Source of the DNA: an uncultured Verrucomicrobiae bacterium | GTDB taxonomy: Bacteria > Verrucomicrobiota > Verrucomicrobiia > Limisphaerales > Palsa-1400 | Assembly (NCBI GenBank): GCA_963707025.1 | Contig: CAVPOM010000017.1 | Location: forward strand, 96,001-160,000 | DNA: 64,000 bases | Direction: 5' to 3' | Shown: piece after piece, positions 19,835-31,778 of the stretch | How positions within the stretch are numbered: position 1 is the first letter of the stretch | How the letters are laid out: the number at the start of each line of letters is the position of its first letter | Made by a program: the position numbers and the translations under genes | The notes under the pieces: model-generated | Databases searched by the model: none | Seen by the model: only the letters and a program-made list of their open reading frames with translations | What the model was told of the DNA's origin: nothing

Positions 19835-21231
19835 AGGTTCAATTCCGATTCAGTCAAGACCGTGCGCGCGGCCATGAGATCGGCGGCGGCGCTGGCGGTG
19901 TCGTTCATGGCTTGGGCGAGGGCCAGACGGATGGTGTTGTCGGTTTGCTCGGCGTTGAGCAAATCCACCAGGGAGGCCGCGCCGCGGTCGGTACTTAAAG
20001 GCGACGGACTGGCGGACTTGGGCCGATTTGGGGGCGGTTTCGTCCCGATACCGCGACCAGCGCTCGCGGGCTTCGTGGTAAGCGGACTGGCCGTTGGCCA
20101 GATTCCGCCGCGGCCACGGCTTGGATTTTGCCAAGGGCGTCCCCGAATTGGTCCACCGCGGCCTGGGCCGCCTTGATGTTGCCGGCGTTGCGGTTCCACA
20201 GGGGCAGAGGGAAGGAGACGCCGAGGAGAAATGTGTCCACCGCGGGACCGCCGCCGGGCGGGTTGTGTTCGGCCCCGACGGTCACGGTCGGGTCTGGAAT
20301 GCGCATGGCCTTCTGCAATTGAAGCTGGGCCTGGCCGGCTTGCAAATCCGCTTCGGCGGCCAGCACATCCGGGCGGGAGGCGCCGGGTTTGGGTTCAGGT
20401 TCTGGCGGCGCCGGAGGAAGCTCCACCAACTTTTCCAGAGAATCCGCCGGGCATCCAGTTGCCCTGGGGCTGAGGGACACCCATGAGCACCTCCACGGCG
20501 ATGCGGGCTTGAAGGGCGGTGGCGTCGGCGGCTTTGGCCTGGAGCGCAAATTGCTCGGCATTGATCTCGAGTGTTTTTTTGTCCGCCTCGGAGAGGGCGC
20601 CGGCGTTAAACTGTTGTTGGGCGATGCCGGCTTCCTGCCGCATGTAGTCAGCGGATTGGGTCAACACCCGCGCGTTTTCGGCCGCGAGCAAGGCGGCGAG
20701 ATAGGCCTTGGTGACGCCTTGATCGAGGGTTCGCTTGGCGTCGTAAAAGCGGGCCTTGGCGCCGCGCACACCGGCCCGGGCGGCGATTTGGCGGTCGTGG
20801 CGTTTGCCGCCAATCTCAATGAGTTGGTTGATGGCGGCGATACTGTCGTAGCTGCGGTCCCAAAGACCGCTGCCCAGGATGGTGGCTGTTTCATGGGTGC
20901 CGATTCTGGCCGTGGATAAAGCAGCGGTGGGATTGGGAAATTCTTTGGAGACAATGAGTTGGGCCGCGGCCGCGGCCATGCCGCTCCTGGCCGCCAGCAA
21001 ATCCCAGTTTCGCTCAAAGGCCAGGCGCCGCGCGTCGTCCAAGGAGAGCGGCTGGCTGGTCCCGCCCGCCCCGGCACCGGAAACGGGCGCGTTGGTGGCC
21101 GGCTGGGCGTGGGCCGTGAGGAACCACGGCAATAGCAACAGCGCGCCGACGCCGCCGCGAAGGCTCAGGATAGCTGGAAAAGGGCCCGTGTAATTGTTGC
21201 TCAGACCTTTTATTTTCGCGACGGACGGCAT
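19825..21231 (-). CDS. TolC/CzcC-family outer-membrane efflux protein, several frameshifts
   Basis: LSLDDARRLAFERNWDL, IEIGGKRHDR, SRPDVLAAE, SFPLPLWNRNAGNI, GAASLVDLLNAE, distributed over successive frames. Confidence 0.85.
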
Positions 21232-21369
21232 GTTTGTCTGTCAGGCCAGACCTAATTCCCGTGTCAGGCCAAGTCCGACACGCCCGCGGCCCAACCGCCG
21301 CGGCCGCCGTCCACGGGGCACCGCGTCACTCATGGGTGGGCCGGGAAAGGCAGGGTCCCGGTGCGCCGG

Positions 21370-21450
21370 GACTGCCCGCCGCCGGGCTTTGGCAGAGGAA
21401 TCAACGTCGCACCACCGTCGTGCGGCGGGCAGAGGACTGCCCGCCCGACC
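21370..21450. repeat. REP-like hairpin GGCGGGCAG-AGGA-CTGCCCGCC with a nearby second arm
   Basis: Perfect 9-bp stem at 21424-21445; a related degenerate copy ending ...CCTACC at about 14095-14121. Confidence 0.55.
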
Positions 21451-21470
21451 ACCCATGACTAACGCATTTT

Positions 21471-22145
21471 TTAGCGGGGATGGCGGCTGTCGTTCCAGCG
21501 GATGGCTTCGCGCAGCAGCTCGGTGCCGCTGCTGAGGTTGAGTTTTTCCTTCATGCGGGCGCAATAGGCCTGCACGGTTTTGAGGCTGATGCCGAGCGTT
21601 CCGGCGATTTGCCGCGTGCCCAATCCCCGGCCCAGCATGTCGAAGACTTCCAGTTCGCGGTCGCTCATTTGCTCGATGGGGGAATGGCCCGCCCCCTTCT
21701 TGTCGTCTATAAAATGGGCCGCGAGCACACCGGCCAGGGCCTCGCTGACGTAGAGCTTGCCCTCCAGAATGCGGCGGATGGCCTCGATGACCTTGCGGGT
21801 GGTCTCGCGTTTCATCACGTAACCCCGGGCGCCGGCGCGGAGGGCGCGTCCGGCATAATGAGATTCCTCGTGCATGGAAAGGACGAGCACGGCGACGGCG
21901 GGATAAGAGAGTTTTAGGTTTTTGATCAACTCGATGCCGGAAGAATTCTTCAAGGAAATATCCACCACGGCCACATCGGGCCGGGCCGCGCCGATGGCGG
22001 CAAAGGCGTCCGGCGCGCCCTCGCTTTCCCCGCAGACGAGGAGGTCCGGCTGCTGGTTGATTAAATTAGTGAGCCATTCGCGGACCAGGGGATGATCGTC
22101 CACGATGAACACGGTCCTTTTGCGCTTGTCAGTGTCAGGGGTCAT
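21471..22145 (-). CDS. NarL/FixJ-family response regulator (REC + LuxR HTH)
   Basis: IVDDHPLVR, VVDISL, LSMH, GYVMK, MSDRELEVF...ISLKTV. Confidence 0.93.
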   Translation of the reverse strand: MTPDTDKRKRTVFIVDDHPLVREWLTNLINQQPDLLVCGESEGAPDAFAAIGAARPDVAVVDISLKNSSGIELIKNLKLSYPAVAVLVLSMHEESHYAGRALRAGARGYVMKRETTRKVIEAIRRILEGKLYVSEALAGVLAAHFIDDKKGAGHSPIEQMSDRELEVFDMLGRGLGTRQIAGTLGISLKTVQAYCARMKEKLNLSSGTELLREAIRWNDSRHPR

Positions 22146-23209
22146 GATTGGCCCGGGGCATTATCTCCGGACAGGGGCGGGATGGGAAGGGAACATTTCA
22201 CGAAGGTCCCGCCGGTGGGGTTGAGGTCCATGGCAAAATCGGCCCCGATCATGGCGGCGCGGTGGGCCATGATGCGCGTCCCCAGCCCCGGGCTTTTTTG
22301 CCATCCGTCAGGCAGGCCGACCCCGTCATCTTCCACCGTCAGCGCGACGCGGCCGTTGCGCTCGGAAAGCTCGACCACGATGCGCCGGGCCTTGCCGTGG
22401 CGAATGGCGTTGCTGACCGCTTCCTGGGCGATGCGATGGAGATGCATGGCGGTGGTGGCATTATGGATGAGCACCGGGGTATCGTGCTCAAACACGCAGG
22501 CGGTTTTGGACCATTTGGTGGTGTTGGCGGAAAGTTCCTGCAAGGCGGCCATCAGACCTTCGGCGTCCAGGTCGGTCTGATACGTTCCCCGGGCCAGATC
22601 GCGCGCCATGCTGATGCCGTCTTCCACCAGGCCGATGATTTTCCCGGCGTCAGCCGCTTCGGGAGCGGACCTGGCCTGGAGCTTTTCGCGCAAGACCTGG
22701 CCGGCCAGGGCCGTGCCGGTCAAGTGCTGGCAAAGGCCGTCATGCAAGTCGCGTCCGAGGCGGCGCTGTTCCCGTTCGCTCACCTCCAGGATTTCCTTTT
22801 CCAGGCGCTCCCGCTCCGCCATTTCCTGGGTGAGGGCCCGCGTGCTTTGCCGCACCCGGTCCTCCAGTCCTTTGTGCAGGGATTGCAGGCTGGCCAGGAG
22901 CCAGACGACGATGGAATAGAAGGTCAACAATATCGTTGAATTCCAGATGGGAATAAACGGGCTGGAATAATGGACACCGGCGGCCAAGTCGCCCGTGATC
23001 CAGACGGCCACGCTCAAGACCGAAAGGAACAGGCCGTACCACCGCCCAATAAACCAGGTGCCCAGCCCGATGCCAAGGAGGTAAAACACCGAAAAGGAAA
23101 GCTCGAAGCCGGTCCGGTAATCAATCAGGCCGACCAGCGCCAAAAAACCCAATCCGGCCAGCATCCAAAAGGGCCGGGAGCGGTGTTCCAGACTTTGCAG
23201 CAGTTTCAT
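22142..23209 (-). CDS. Membrane sensor histidine kinase (HisKA_3 type)
   Basis: N-terminal TMs; EQRRLGRDLHDGLCQ, QEAVSNAIRHG, EDDGVG, GLGTRIM. Confidence 0.92.
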   Translation of the reverse strand: MKLLQSLEHRSRPFWMLAGLGFLALVGLIDYRTGFELSFSVFYLLGIGLGTWFIGRWYGLFLSVLSVAVWITGDLAAGVHYSSPFIPIWNSTILLTFYSIVVWLLASLQSLHKGLEDRVRQSTRALTQEMAERERLEKEILEVSEREQRRLGRDLHDGLCQHLTGTALAGQVLREKLQARSAPEAADAGKIIGLVEDGISMARDLARGTYQTDLDAEGLMAALQELSANTTKWSKTACVFEHDTPVLIHNATTAMHLHRIAQEAVSNAIRHGKARRIVVELSERNGRVALTVEDDGVGLPDGWQKSPGLGTRIMAHRAAMIGADFAMDLNPTGGTFVKCSLPIPPLSGDNAPGQS

Positions 23210-23410
23210 TGTGCGGTGTTGACCGGCCTTGCTCGGGCAAGACGGCAGGGGCAAAGGATAAAGGATAAATGATAAATGATAAATGAAAAACGGCCGGTTT
23301 CCAATGCGATGAATTGAAATTTTCGATGTTGGCCGCAGTTTTATCAAGTTGCCGCCGCGGCGGGCGGGGTCCATAGTCCTGGCATGAGAGCAACCCATTG
23401 AAAGGCCTTT

Positions 23411-26400
23411 ATGGACCGGATATCCGCAATCGTGCTGATTCTGGGAATTCTCATCGCGTGGGCCGTGTGGCTGACGGTTCGGGCCAAGGAAGCGCAACAC
23501 CTCGTCGAAAATCTTTCGCGCCGCCTTGCCGAACTTGAATTGGAACTTTTTCGGCTGAAACGGGACCGGGAATCAGGCCGTCCGGTTGAGCCCGCGCCGG
23601 CGCCGCTTCCAAAAAGTATGGTGCCGCCGGTCCCGCCGCCAGCCCCCGTGGCTGCGCCGCCCGCGGCCATTCCGCCCCCAATTCGACCCGCGCTGGCGAG
23701 GCTGGCTGCGACCCTGCCGGCTCCGCCAACTCCGCCCGCGCCGCCCACGCTCCCACCCGCGCCGCCGCGCCCGGCCAGGCCGGCGGTCAACTGGGAACAG
23801 TTCATGGGGGTGAAACTTTTCGCGTGGATTGGGGGACTGGCGTTGTTCCTCGGCGTGGCCTTTTTCGTCAAATACTCGTTCGATAACAACCTGGTTCCAC
23901 CCGCCCTGCGGGTGGCGCTGGGTTTCCTGGCCGGGCTGGGCCTGCTCGCCGGCGGCGTGGGGATGTCGCGCAAAAATTATCCCGCCCTTTCGCAAACTTT
24001 GTGCGCGACCGGAGTGGTCATTCTTTACGCGGTGACGTTCGCCTGCCGCTCCATTTATCGTTTTGATTTTTTTGGGCCGATTCCGACTTTTCTGCTGATG
24101 GCGCTCGTCACGGTGACGGCCTTCCTGCTGGCGGTCCGGCTGGAGGCCATGGTCGTTGCCATCCTCGGTATGCTGGGCGGTTTTCTCACGCCCATTCTGG
24201 TTTCCACCGGCCAGGACAACCCGCTGGGGCTGTTCGGATACATTGCCATTCTCGACGCCGGGCTGATCCTGGTGGCGCTGCACCGCCGCTGGCTTTTTCT
24301 CACCGCGCTGGCGGCGCTGGGCACCGCCATCCTGCAAATCCTCTGGGCGGGTGAATTCTTCGAGGCCGGAAAATACTTTGCCGGAAACAAGATTCTGATT
24401 GTGCTGGCCGTGCTGCTCGGTTTCAACGCGCTTTTTCTTGGGGCGGCCTGGCGGGCGAAGATGCCGCCGGCCGCGGCGGGCGAAAAGCCGGCGGGTGTGG
24501 ACAGGACGGGGATGAACGCGAGAACGTGGCTCTCCGGTTCCACCCTCGGCCTGGCGGCCCTGGCGCTGGCGTTCAGCGGGTGGTTTTTGAGTTTCCAGCC
24601 GCTGGCACAGCGTCCGGCGCTGATGTTCGGTTTCGTCTTCCTCATTGATCTGGGGGTCGCGGCGCTGGCCGGGGCCGATGAAACCATCGCCGCCGCCCAA
24701 TCCATCGCCGGACTGGCCGTGTTCGGATTGCTGGCATATTGGACGCAAGCATGGCTGACCCAGGAATTGCTCAACGCCGCGCTGGCCTTTTATTTTATCT
24801 TCGCGATCCTGCACTCGGCCCTGCCGGCGCTGCGGCAGCGGCGGAGCGGCGCCAGGGCCGGGGGCTGGGCGATCCACCTTTTTCCTCTTCTGGCGCTGGC
24901 GCTGGTGCTGGTGCCGGTTTTCAAGCTGGCGGAAGTCTCCTTCCTGGTCTGGCCGTTTATTTTGCTGGTGGATTTGCTGGCCATCGCGCTGGCCGTGCTG
25001 ACGGCCGCCTTGTGGTCGGTGCTGGCGGTGCTGTTGCTGACCCTGGCCGCCACCGGCTTGCTCATTTTCAAAATCCCGTTCGACCTGACCGGCCTGCCGG
25101 CATCCTTTTTTCTGCTCGGCGCGTTCATCGTTTTCTTCGTCGCGGCGAGCATCTGGCTGGTGCGCAAATTCAAGCCCGAGGCCCTAAAAACCGGGATTCA
25201 GTTCGAGCAGGACCCCAAGACCCCGGGAGAGGTTGCGGCGATTTTGCCGGCCTGCGCGGTGGTGCTGCCATTCCTGCTGCTGATCATGGCGACCCTGCGG
25301 CTGCGGCTGGCCAACCCATCGCCGGTCTTCGGCCTGGCCCTGCTCCTGGTGGTTTTGCTGCTGGGGGTGACTAGACTGTTCTTACTGGACTGGATGCCCG
25401 CCATCGGCCTGGTGTGCGTGACCGCACTGGAATGCGCCTGGCATTTCAACGATTTCAGCGCCACCAATCCAGCCTGGCAGTCGCATCTGGCCCTCCTGTG
25501 GTATCTGGTGTTCCTGGCCCTGTTCGCCCTGTTTCCGTTTTTATTCCTGCGGCGCTTCGCGGACAAAACCGCTCCGTGGGCCGCCGCGGCCATGGCCGGG
25601 CCGCTGCAGTTCTTTCTCATCCACCGCCTGATCAAAGCCGTTTATCCGAACCCGGTGATGGGCCTGCTGCCCGCCGCGTTTGCCATTCCCGGATTATTGA
25701 GCCTGGTCGTGGTGCTGAAGAGGATATCCGCTGAACACAAATCCCGCATGACGCACGTGGCGTGGTTCGGCGGCGTGACGCTGTTTTTCATCACGCTGAT
25801 TTTTCCAATTCAGTTCGAGCGGCAATGGATCACCATCGGTTGGGCGCTGGAAGGGGCGGCCTTGCTGTGGCTGTTTCATCGCGTGCCGCACCCGGGCTTG
25901 AGGCTGGCGGGCCTGGGCCTGCTCGGCGCGGCCTTCGTGCGGCTGGCGCTCAATCCGACCGTGCTCGACTATCATGCGCGCGCCGCCACGCCGGTCTTCA
26001 ACTGGTATCTTTACGCCTACGGCATCGTGACGGTTTGCCTGTTCGCCGGGGCCAAACTGCTGGCCCCGCCGCGCCAGGCCGATTTTGAAATGCAATGTTC
26101 AACCCATTCTGGCCGGACTCGGCACGGTGCTGGCGTTTCTTTTGTTGAACATCGAAATCGCCGATTATTTCAGCGCCCCCGGCTCGACCTTGACGTTTGA
26201 TTTCAGCGGCAATTTCGCGCGCGACATGACCTATTCCATCACCTGGGGTTTGTTCGCCCTGGTGCTGTTGGTGGCCGGGATTGTGCAACAGGTTCCCGCC
26301 GCGCGCTACGCCGCCATGGGTTTGCTGTGCGTGACGCTCCTCAAACTTTTCTTCCACGACTTGGCGCAGCTCGGCCAACTTTACCGCATCGGCGCGTTTG

Positions 26401-26498
26401 TGGGCGTGGCGGTCATCGCCATGCTCGCCTCCTTCGCCTATCAAAAATTTTTCTCCGCCGCGAGGACGGCGGAATTAAAAGATGAAGCGCGGCAATAA
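23411..26498 (+). CDS. DUF2339-like large integral membrane protein, frameshift near 26085
   Basis: Pro-rich linker, WEQFMGVKLFAWIGG, LGGFLTPILVSTG, many TMs; C-terminus YSITWGLFA...KLFFHDL...YRIGAF in the next frame. Confidence 0.8.
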
Positions 26499-28480
26499 TT
26501 TTCCGGCAAATTGGTTTCGCCTGGGCGCGTTGGCGGCCGGCCTTTCCGCCGCGGCGGCCAATTTGCCCTCCGACTGGCAGCGCGAGCAGTCGTTTGCCGT
26601 TTTGACTGCCGGGCTTGTGAAAATAAGCCTGCCGGTTGAAACACTCGACAGCGCGCGGCCCGCGCTGGAAGATTTGCGCCTCTGCGACGATGCGGGAAAG
26701 GAAATTCCTTATCTGATCGAACGTCCGGCGCCGGCTCCGCAAATCGTGCAAGAAGCAAAATCATTCCGGGTGACGCTGAACCCGGACAACACGGTCATCA
26801 CCGCGGAAACGGGACTGACGCAACCGCTCGACGGAGTCACGCTGGAGACGCCGGCCGAACAATTTCATCAAAGCGGTGCGGGTGGAAAGTTCCGACGATG
26901 GAGAGCGCTGGCAAATCCTGGCGCGGGGCCAGCCGGTCTTTCGCCAGCCCTTCGGCGCGGGTAGTTTGCAAATTTCCTGGCCGGCCGCCGCTGCAAAATG
27001 GCTGCGGCTCACCGTGGACGACCGGCGTTCGCAGGCGGTTCCCTTCACCGGCGCGCGCGTTCATGCGGCCGGCCGCGAGGCGGGGCCCATCGAATGGATG
27101 CCCGTTAAAATTTCCGGGCGCGACGAAAACCCCGGGGAAACGCGGCTGGCCCTCCATCTGGGCGCGGCCAATTTGGACGTCGCCGCCCTGGAAATTAGAA
27201 CCACCGAGCCGCTTTTCATGCGGCAAGTGGCGTGCGCCGTGCCGCACATGGCGGAAGGTTCCATCCAGGAACAAACCATCGGGCAGGGTGTGATTTACCG
27301 CGTGGCCGTGGAAGGCCAGGCGGCTTCGGAAAATCTGGCCGTGCCGCTGGGAAATAAAATCGGTTCACGCGAACTGTTTTTGTTGCTCAAAAACGGGGAC
27401 AGCCCGCCGCTGCCGGTTTCCGAAGTGCGGGCCGGGCGGCGTCCGGCTTGCCTGGTCTTTCTGGCGCGGCCACCGGGAACTTTTCATTTGCTGACGGGCA
27501 ACCGCCATTGCGAGGCGCCGCGTTATGACCTGGCCGCTTTGAACATGAACTTGCGAGCCGTCGCGGTCTCGCCGGTCCTCATCCCGCCGCCGTCGAACAA
27601 TCCCAGTTTTCAGGCGCCGGAGGCCCTGCCCGGCGTCGAGCTGGCCGGGGCGGCCCTCGACGTTTCGGAATGGCAATTCCGCAAGCGGGTGAAAATCTCC
27701 GCCGCCGGCGCGCAAGAAGCGGAGCTGGATCTCGGCGTGCTGGCCCACGCCCAGCCGGGCTTGGCGGATTTGCGCGTGCTGCAGGGCAGCAATCAAGTGC
27801 CTTGCCTCATCGAGCGCACCTCCATCAGCCGTTGGCTCGCGCCCGCCGTGGCCGCGACGAATGAGGCCAAAGATCCGAAGTTGAGCCGCTGGATTCTTCG
27901 GTTGCCGCGCGCCGGTTTGCCGCTCACCCGGCTGACTTGCGTGGCGCAAACACCGCTGTTTGAACGCTCCCTGTCGCTGGACGAGGAACTGGCCGACGAG
28001 CGCGGCGGCGCCTATCGCCATGTGCTGGGTGGAGCTTCGTGGAAGCAAACGCCGGAACGCAAATCGAAGGACTTTGCCCTCGTGCTGGACAGCGCCCCGC
28101 AGAGCGACAGATTGTTTCTGGCAACAGAGAACGGTGACAATCCGCCGATTGAACTGGAAACATTTCAAATGTTTTACCCCGCCACGCGCCTTTTGTTCAA
28201 AGCCAGGGCCGGCGACGAACTTTTTCTTTACTATGGCAATCCGCGGGTCGCGCCGCCGCGCTACGACTTGAGCCTGGTCGCCGATCAATTGCTGGCGGCC
28301 GAGAAAAATGCCGCGTCCTTGTCCGCCGAGGAGCAACTCAAAGAATCTGCCTGGCGTGAAAATCTGATGCCGGGCCGGGGGGGTCTGCTCTTCTGGGGAA
28401 TTCTGGCGGCGGTCGTCGTGGTGCTGCTCCTCCTCATTGCACGGCTGTTGCCCAAACCGCCGGCGACGACGAAGCAATAG
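26482..28480 (+). CDS. DUF3999-like exported protein with C-terminal TM anchor, frameshift near 26860
   Basis: Signal-like N-terminus; duplicated DLRL..EIPYLIE / DLRV..QVPCLIE; LYYGNPRVAPPRYDL; C-terminal TM. Confidence 0.65.
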
Positions 28481-28567
28481 CGCCGGTGCCCCCATCCGCC
28501 AAAAAGGCGCGCCGTGCGCGCGTGTTTAGAAGATGACTTTTGCAGGATGGGCCGGCTACCTTGGCGG

Positions 28568-29823
28568 ATGACTTCACGACGCTGGCTGCGCATTATTCCA
28601 GTGGCGCTGATCATGTACACCATTTCCTACGTGGACAGGACAAATCTCAATCTGGCGCTCACGCCGAAGATTTCCACGATGATGACGGATTTGGCGATGA
28701 ACGACCAAATGAAGGGACAGGCCTACGGGATTTTCTTTTTTGGTTATCTGCTCTTGCAGATTCCCGGCGGGTATTGGGCGTCGCGCTGGAGCGCCCGCAA
28801 AGTGATCAGCCTTTGCCTGGCGGGCTGGGGCGTGTGCGCGGTGGGATGCGGTTTGGCGCAGACTTTCCGGCAGTTTGAGGTGGCGAGGTTTCTGCTGGGA
28901 GTGGCGGAGAGCGGGGTGTTTCCAGCCATGCTGGTGCTGCTGGCCAACTGGTTCCCACAATCGGAACGGGCGCGGGCCAACGCCTACTGGAATCTTTGCC
29001 AGCCCCTGGCCGTGGTGGTGGCGGCGCTCACCACGGGCGCGCTGTTGGAGCATTACGACTGGCGCACGGTGATTGTGCTGGAGGGGATGCTGCCCTTTGT
29101 CTGGCTGCCCGTTTGGTGGTGCTTCATCCGGGACCGCCCGCAGGAGGCGAAATGGATTTCGGAGGGGGAGCGGGATTATTTGGAAACGACCTTGCGCAAG
29201 GAGGCGGAGGCCTTGGAGCCGGCCCGGGGCTTTCCTTCCGGGAAAAATTTTGCCAGCCCGCCGTCCTGGTCATGATTGCCATCAACTTTCTGCATAATGC
29301 GCTGGCCTACGGTTGCATGCCCTTCTTTACCAGCAGGCTGGAAGGCCGGCATTTCAGCGCGATGGAAAACGGGATGTTGTTTGCCCTCCCCTATACGTTC
29401 ACGGCGGTGCTGATGGTGCTGGTTTCCCGCCACTCGGATAAAGTCAACGAGCGCAGGATGCATGTGGCGTTGACCTACGTGGTGAGCGGGCTGAGTCTGA
29501 TCGTGAGTGTGAGTTTGCGGAATCATTTCTGGTGGTCTTATGGGTTCCTCTGCCTGTCCATCCCCGGCCCGTCGGTGGCGCTGGCGCCTTTCTGGGCCAT
29601 CCCGAGCGAGACGCTGCCCCGCAGCACCAGGGGAGCGGTGATGGGGCTGGTCAACGCCTGTGGCAATCTCGGCGGGTTCGTCGGGCCGGCCATCGTCGGG
29701 TGGCTCAAGCTGAAGTCCGGCAGCCTGGAGCTTCCTTTCGATGGTTTGGGGCTGGGGATTTTGATCGCCGCCGGCCTGTCGTATTGGTTGCCGAGGGCGA
29801 GGGGGATGGAAAATGCAAAATGA
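28568..29823 (+). CDS. MFS transporter (anion:cation symporter-like), frameshift near 29235
   Basis: YVDRTNL, GIFFFGYLLLQIPGG, RFLLGVAESG, NWFPQSERARA, GLVNACGNLGGFVGP. Confidence 0.88.
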
Positions 29824-29918
29824 AGAATGGAAATTGAGATGAGGGGCACGGAGAAGGAATTACGGCTGGCGTGGGGAGAAGATTTGGCGGAATATCGGTT
29901 CGTCCAAACTTGCTGATT

Positions 29919-30950
29919 ATGAAAGCGCTGGTCCTGGCCGAATACAAACGGTTCTCGTATGAAGAGACGCCGGCGCCGCAACCCGGCCCGGAAGAAGTGC
30001 TCGTCGCGGTCAAAGCCTGCGGTATTTGCGGGAGCGACGTGCATGGGATGGACGGCAGCACGGGCCGGCGCCGTCCGCCGATTATCATGGGGCACGAAGC
30101 GTCCGGTATCATTGCCGGGACGGGGGCGGCGGTGCGGGGCTGGGCGGCGGGAGACCGCGTGACCTTCGATTCCACCTTATACTGCGGTAAATGTCATTTT
30201 TGCCGGCGCGGGGAGATCAACTTGTGCGATGACCGGCGGGTGCTGGGGGTGTCGTGCGAGTCTTACCGGCAAGCGGGCGCCATGGCCGAATTTGTGGCGG
30301 TGCCGCAGCGCATATTATACCGGCTGCCGGAGGGGTTGCCGTTCGAACAGGCGGCTTTGGTGGAACCTTTTGCCGTGGCGTTGCACGCGATCGGCCGCGC
30401 GCCTGTGACGCTGAACGACACGGTGGTGGTGGTGGGCGCCGGCATGATTGGCCTGGCGCTGACGCAAGCTTTGCATCTGGCGGGGTGCGGGCGGCTCCTG
30501 GTGGTGGACGTGGCGGACGGGCGGCTGGCCCTGGCCAAAAAGTTTGGCGCGACCCATGCCGTCAACTCCGCCGGGGGAAATGCCGCCGCGCAAATCCTGG
30601 AGTGGACCCAGGGGCGCGGCGCGGACCTGGCCTTCGAAGCGGTGGGGGTGACCGCGACGGTGGATTTGGCGCTGGGCTGCCTGCGCAAAGGGGGCGCGGC
30701 GACGCTGGTGGGCAATGTCCGGCCGCGGATTGAGTTCCCGCTGCAAACGGCGGTGACCCGCGAACTGACCATTCACGGTTCGTGCGCGTCGCGGGGCGAA
30801 TATCCGGCGGTCCTGGACATGCTGGGGCGGGGAGCGTTGCAAGCCGGCCCGCTCATCAGCGCCACGGCGCCGCTGGCGGAAGGGGCGGCCTGGTTTGAGC
30901 GGCTCCACCGCAAGGAACCGGGCTTGCTCAAGGTGGTGCTCCGGCCCTGA
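29919..30950 (+). CDS. Zn-dependent polyol/sugar dehydrogenase (sorbitol/galactitol-1-P DH-like)
   Basis: CGICGSD, GHE, structural Zn site CGKCHFCRRGEINLC, GAGMIG. Confidence 0.9.
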   Translation: MKALVLAEYKRFSYEETPAPQPGPEEVLVAVKACGICGSDVHGMDGSTGRRRPPIIMGHEASGIIAGTGAAVRGWAAGDRVTFDSTLYCGKCHFCRRGEINLCDDRRVLGVSCESYRQAGAMAEFVAVPQRILYRLPEGLPFEQAALVEPFAVALHAIGRAPVTLNDTVVVVGAGMIGLALTQALHLAGCGRLLVVDVADGRLALAKKFGATHAVNSAGGNAAAQILEWTQGRGADLAFEAVGVTATVDLALGCLRKGGAATLVGNVRPRIEFPLQTAVTRELTIHGSCASRGEYPAVLDMLGRGALQAGPLISATAPLAEGAAWFERLHRKEPGLLKVVLRP

Positions 30951-30982
30951 CTGGTTCCATTGAACGTCAATACGATTTATCC

Positions 30983-31774
30983 ATGAATGCCAACCCGTTC
31001 GATCTGACCGGCAAAGTGGCCCTGGTCACCGGCGCCAGCCGGGGCCTGGGCCAATGTTTCGGGCGCGCGCTGGCCCGGGCCGGGGCGGATCTGGTGATCA
31101 CCAGCCGCCAGGCCCCGGCGCTGAGCGCTTTTCAAAAAGAGATAGAAGGTTTGGGCCGCCAGGCCTGGCCGCTGGCCCTGGATGTGCGCGACCACGAGAG
31201 CATTCGGCGCATGGCGGAAGCAGCCGTGACGCACTATGGGAAAATAGACATCCTGGTCAACAATGCGGGATGCAACGTGCGCAAGCCGGCGCTGGAAATC
31301 ACCTGGGAGGATTGGAACCTGGTGCTGGACACAAATCTGCGCGGCACGTTTTTTGTGGCGCAGGCGGTGGCGCGCCACATGATCGGCCGCAAATACGGCC
31401 GCATCATCAACGTCGGTTCCGTGACGTGCGTGGCGGGCTACGCCGGGCTGGGTCCTTACGGGGCGAGCCGCGGCGGAGTGAAACAGTTGACCATGAGCCT
31501 GGCCGATGACTGGGGAATTCACGGGATCACGGTGAATTGCCTGGCCCCCGGGTGGTTCAAGACGCGGCAAAATGCGGTGATGTACGAGGACCAGGAGTGG
31601 GTGGAATATCTTTGCGACCGCATCCCGCTGAAGCGACCGGGCGCGCCGCAGGATCTTGAGGGCGCGGTCGTTTTTCTGGCGTCGGACGCCAGCGCCTACA
31701 TCACCGGGCAGACGGTGCTGGTGGACGGAGGCATCTCGACCGGGGCGACGCGCGCGTTGCCCCGGAAAAAGTGA
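30983..31774 (+). CDS. SDR oxidoreductase (gluconate 5-dehydrogenase/KduD-like)
   Basis: TGASRGLG, NNAG, YGASR (Arg in place of the YxxxK Lys), NCLAPGWF, VDGG. Confidence 0.88.
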   Translation: MNANPFDLTGKVALVTGASRGLGQCFGRALARAGADLVITSRQAPALSAFQKEIEGLGRQAWPLALDVRDHESIRRMAEAAVTHYGKIDILVNNAGCNVRKPALEITWEDWNLVLDTNLRGTFFVAQAVARHMIGRKYGRIINVGSVTCVAGYAGLGPYGASRGGVKQLTMSLADDWGIHGITVNCLAPGWFKTRQNAVMYEDQEWVEYLCDRIPLKRPGAPQDLEGAVVFLASDASAYITGQTVLVDGGISTGATRALPRKK

Positions 31775-31778
31775 GCCG

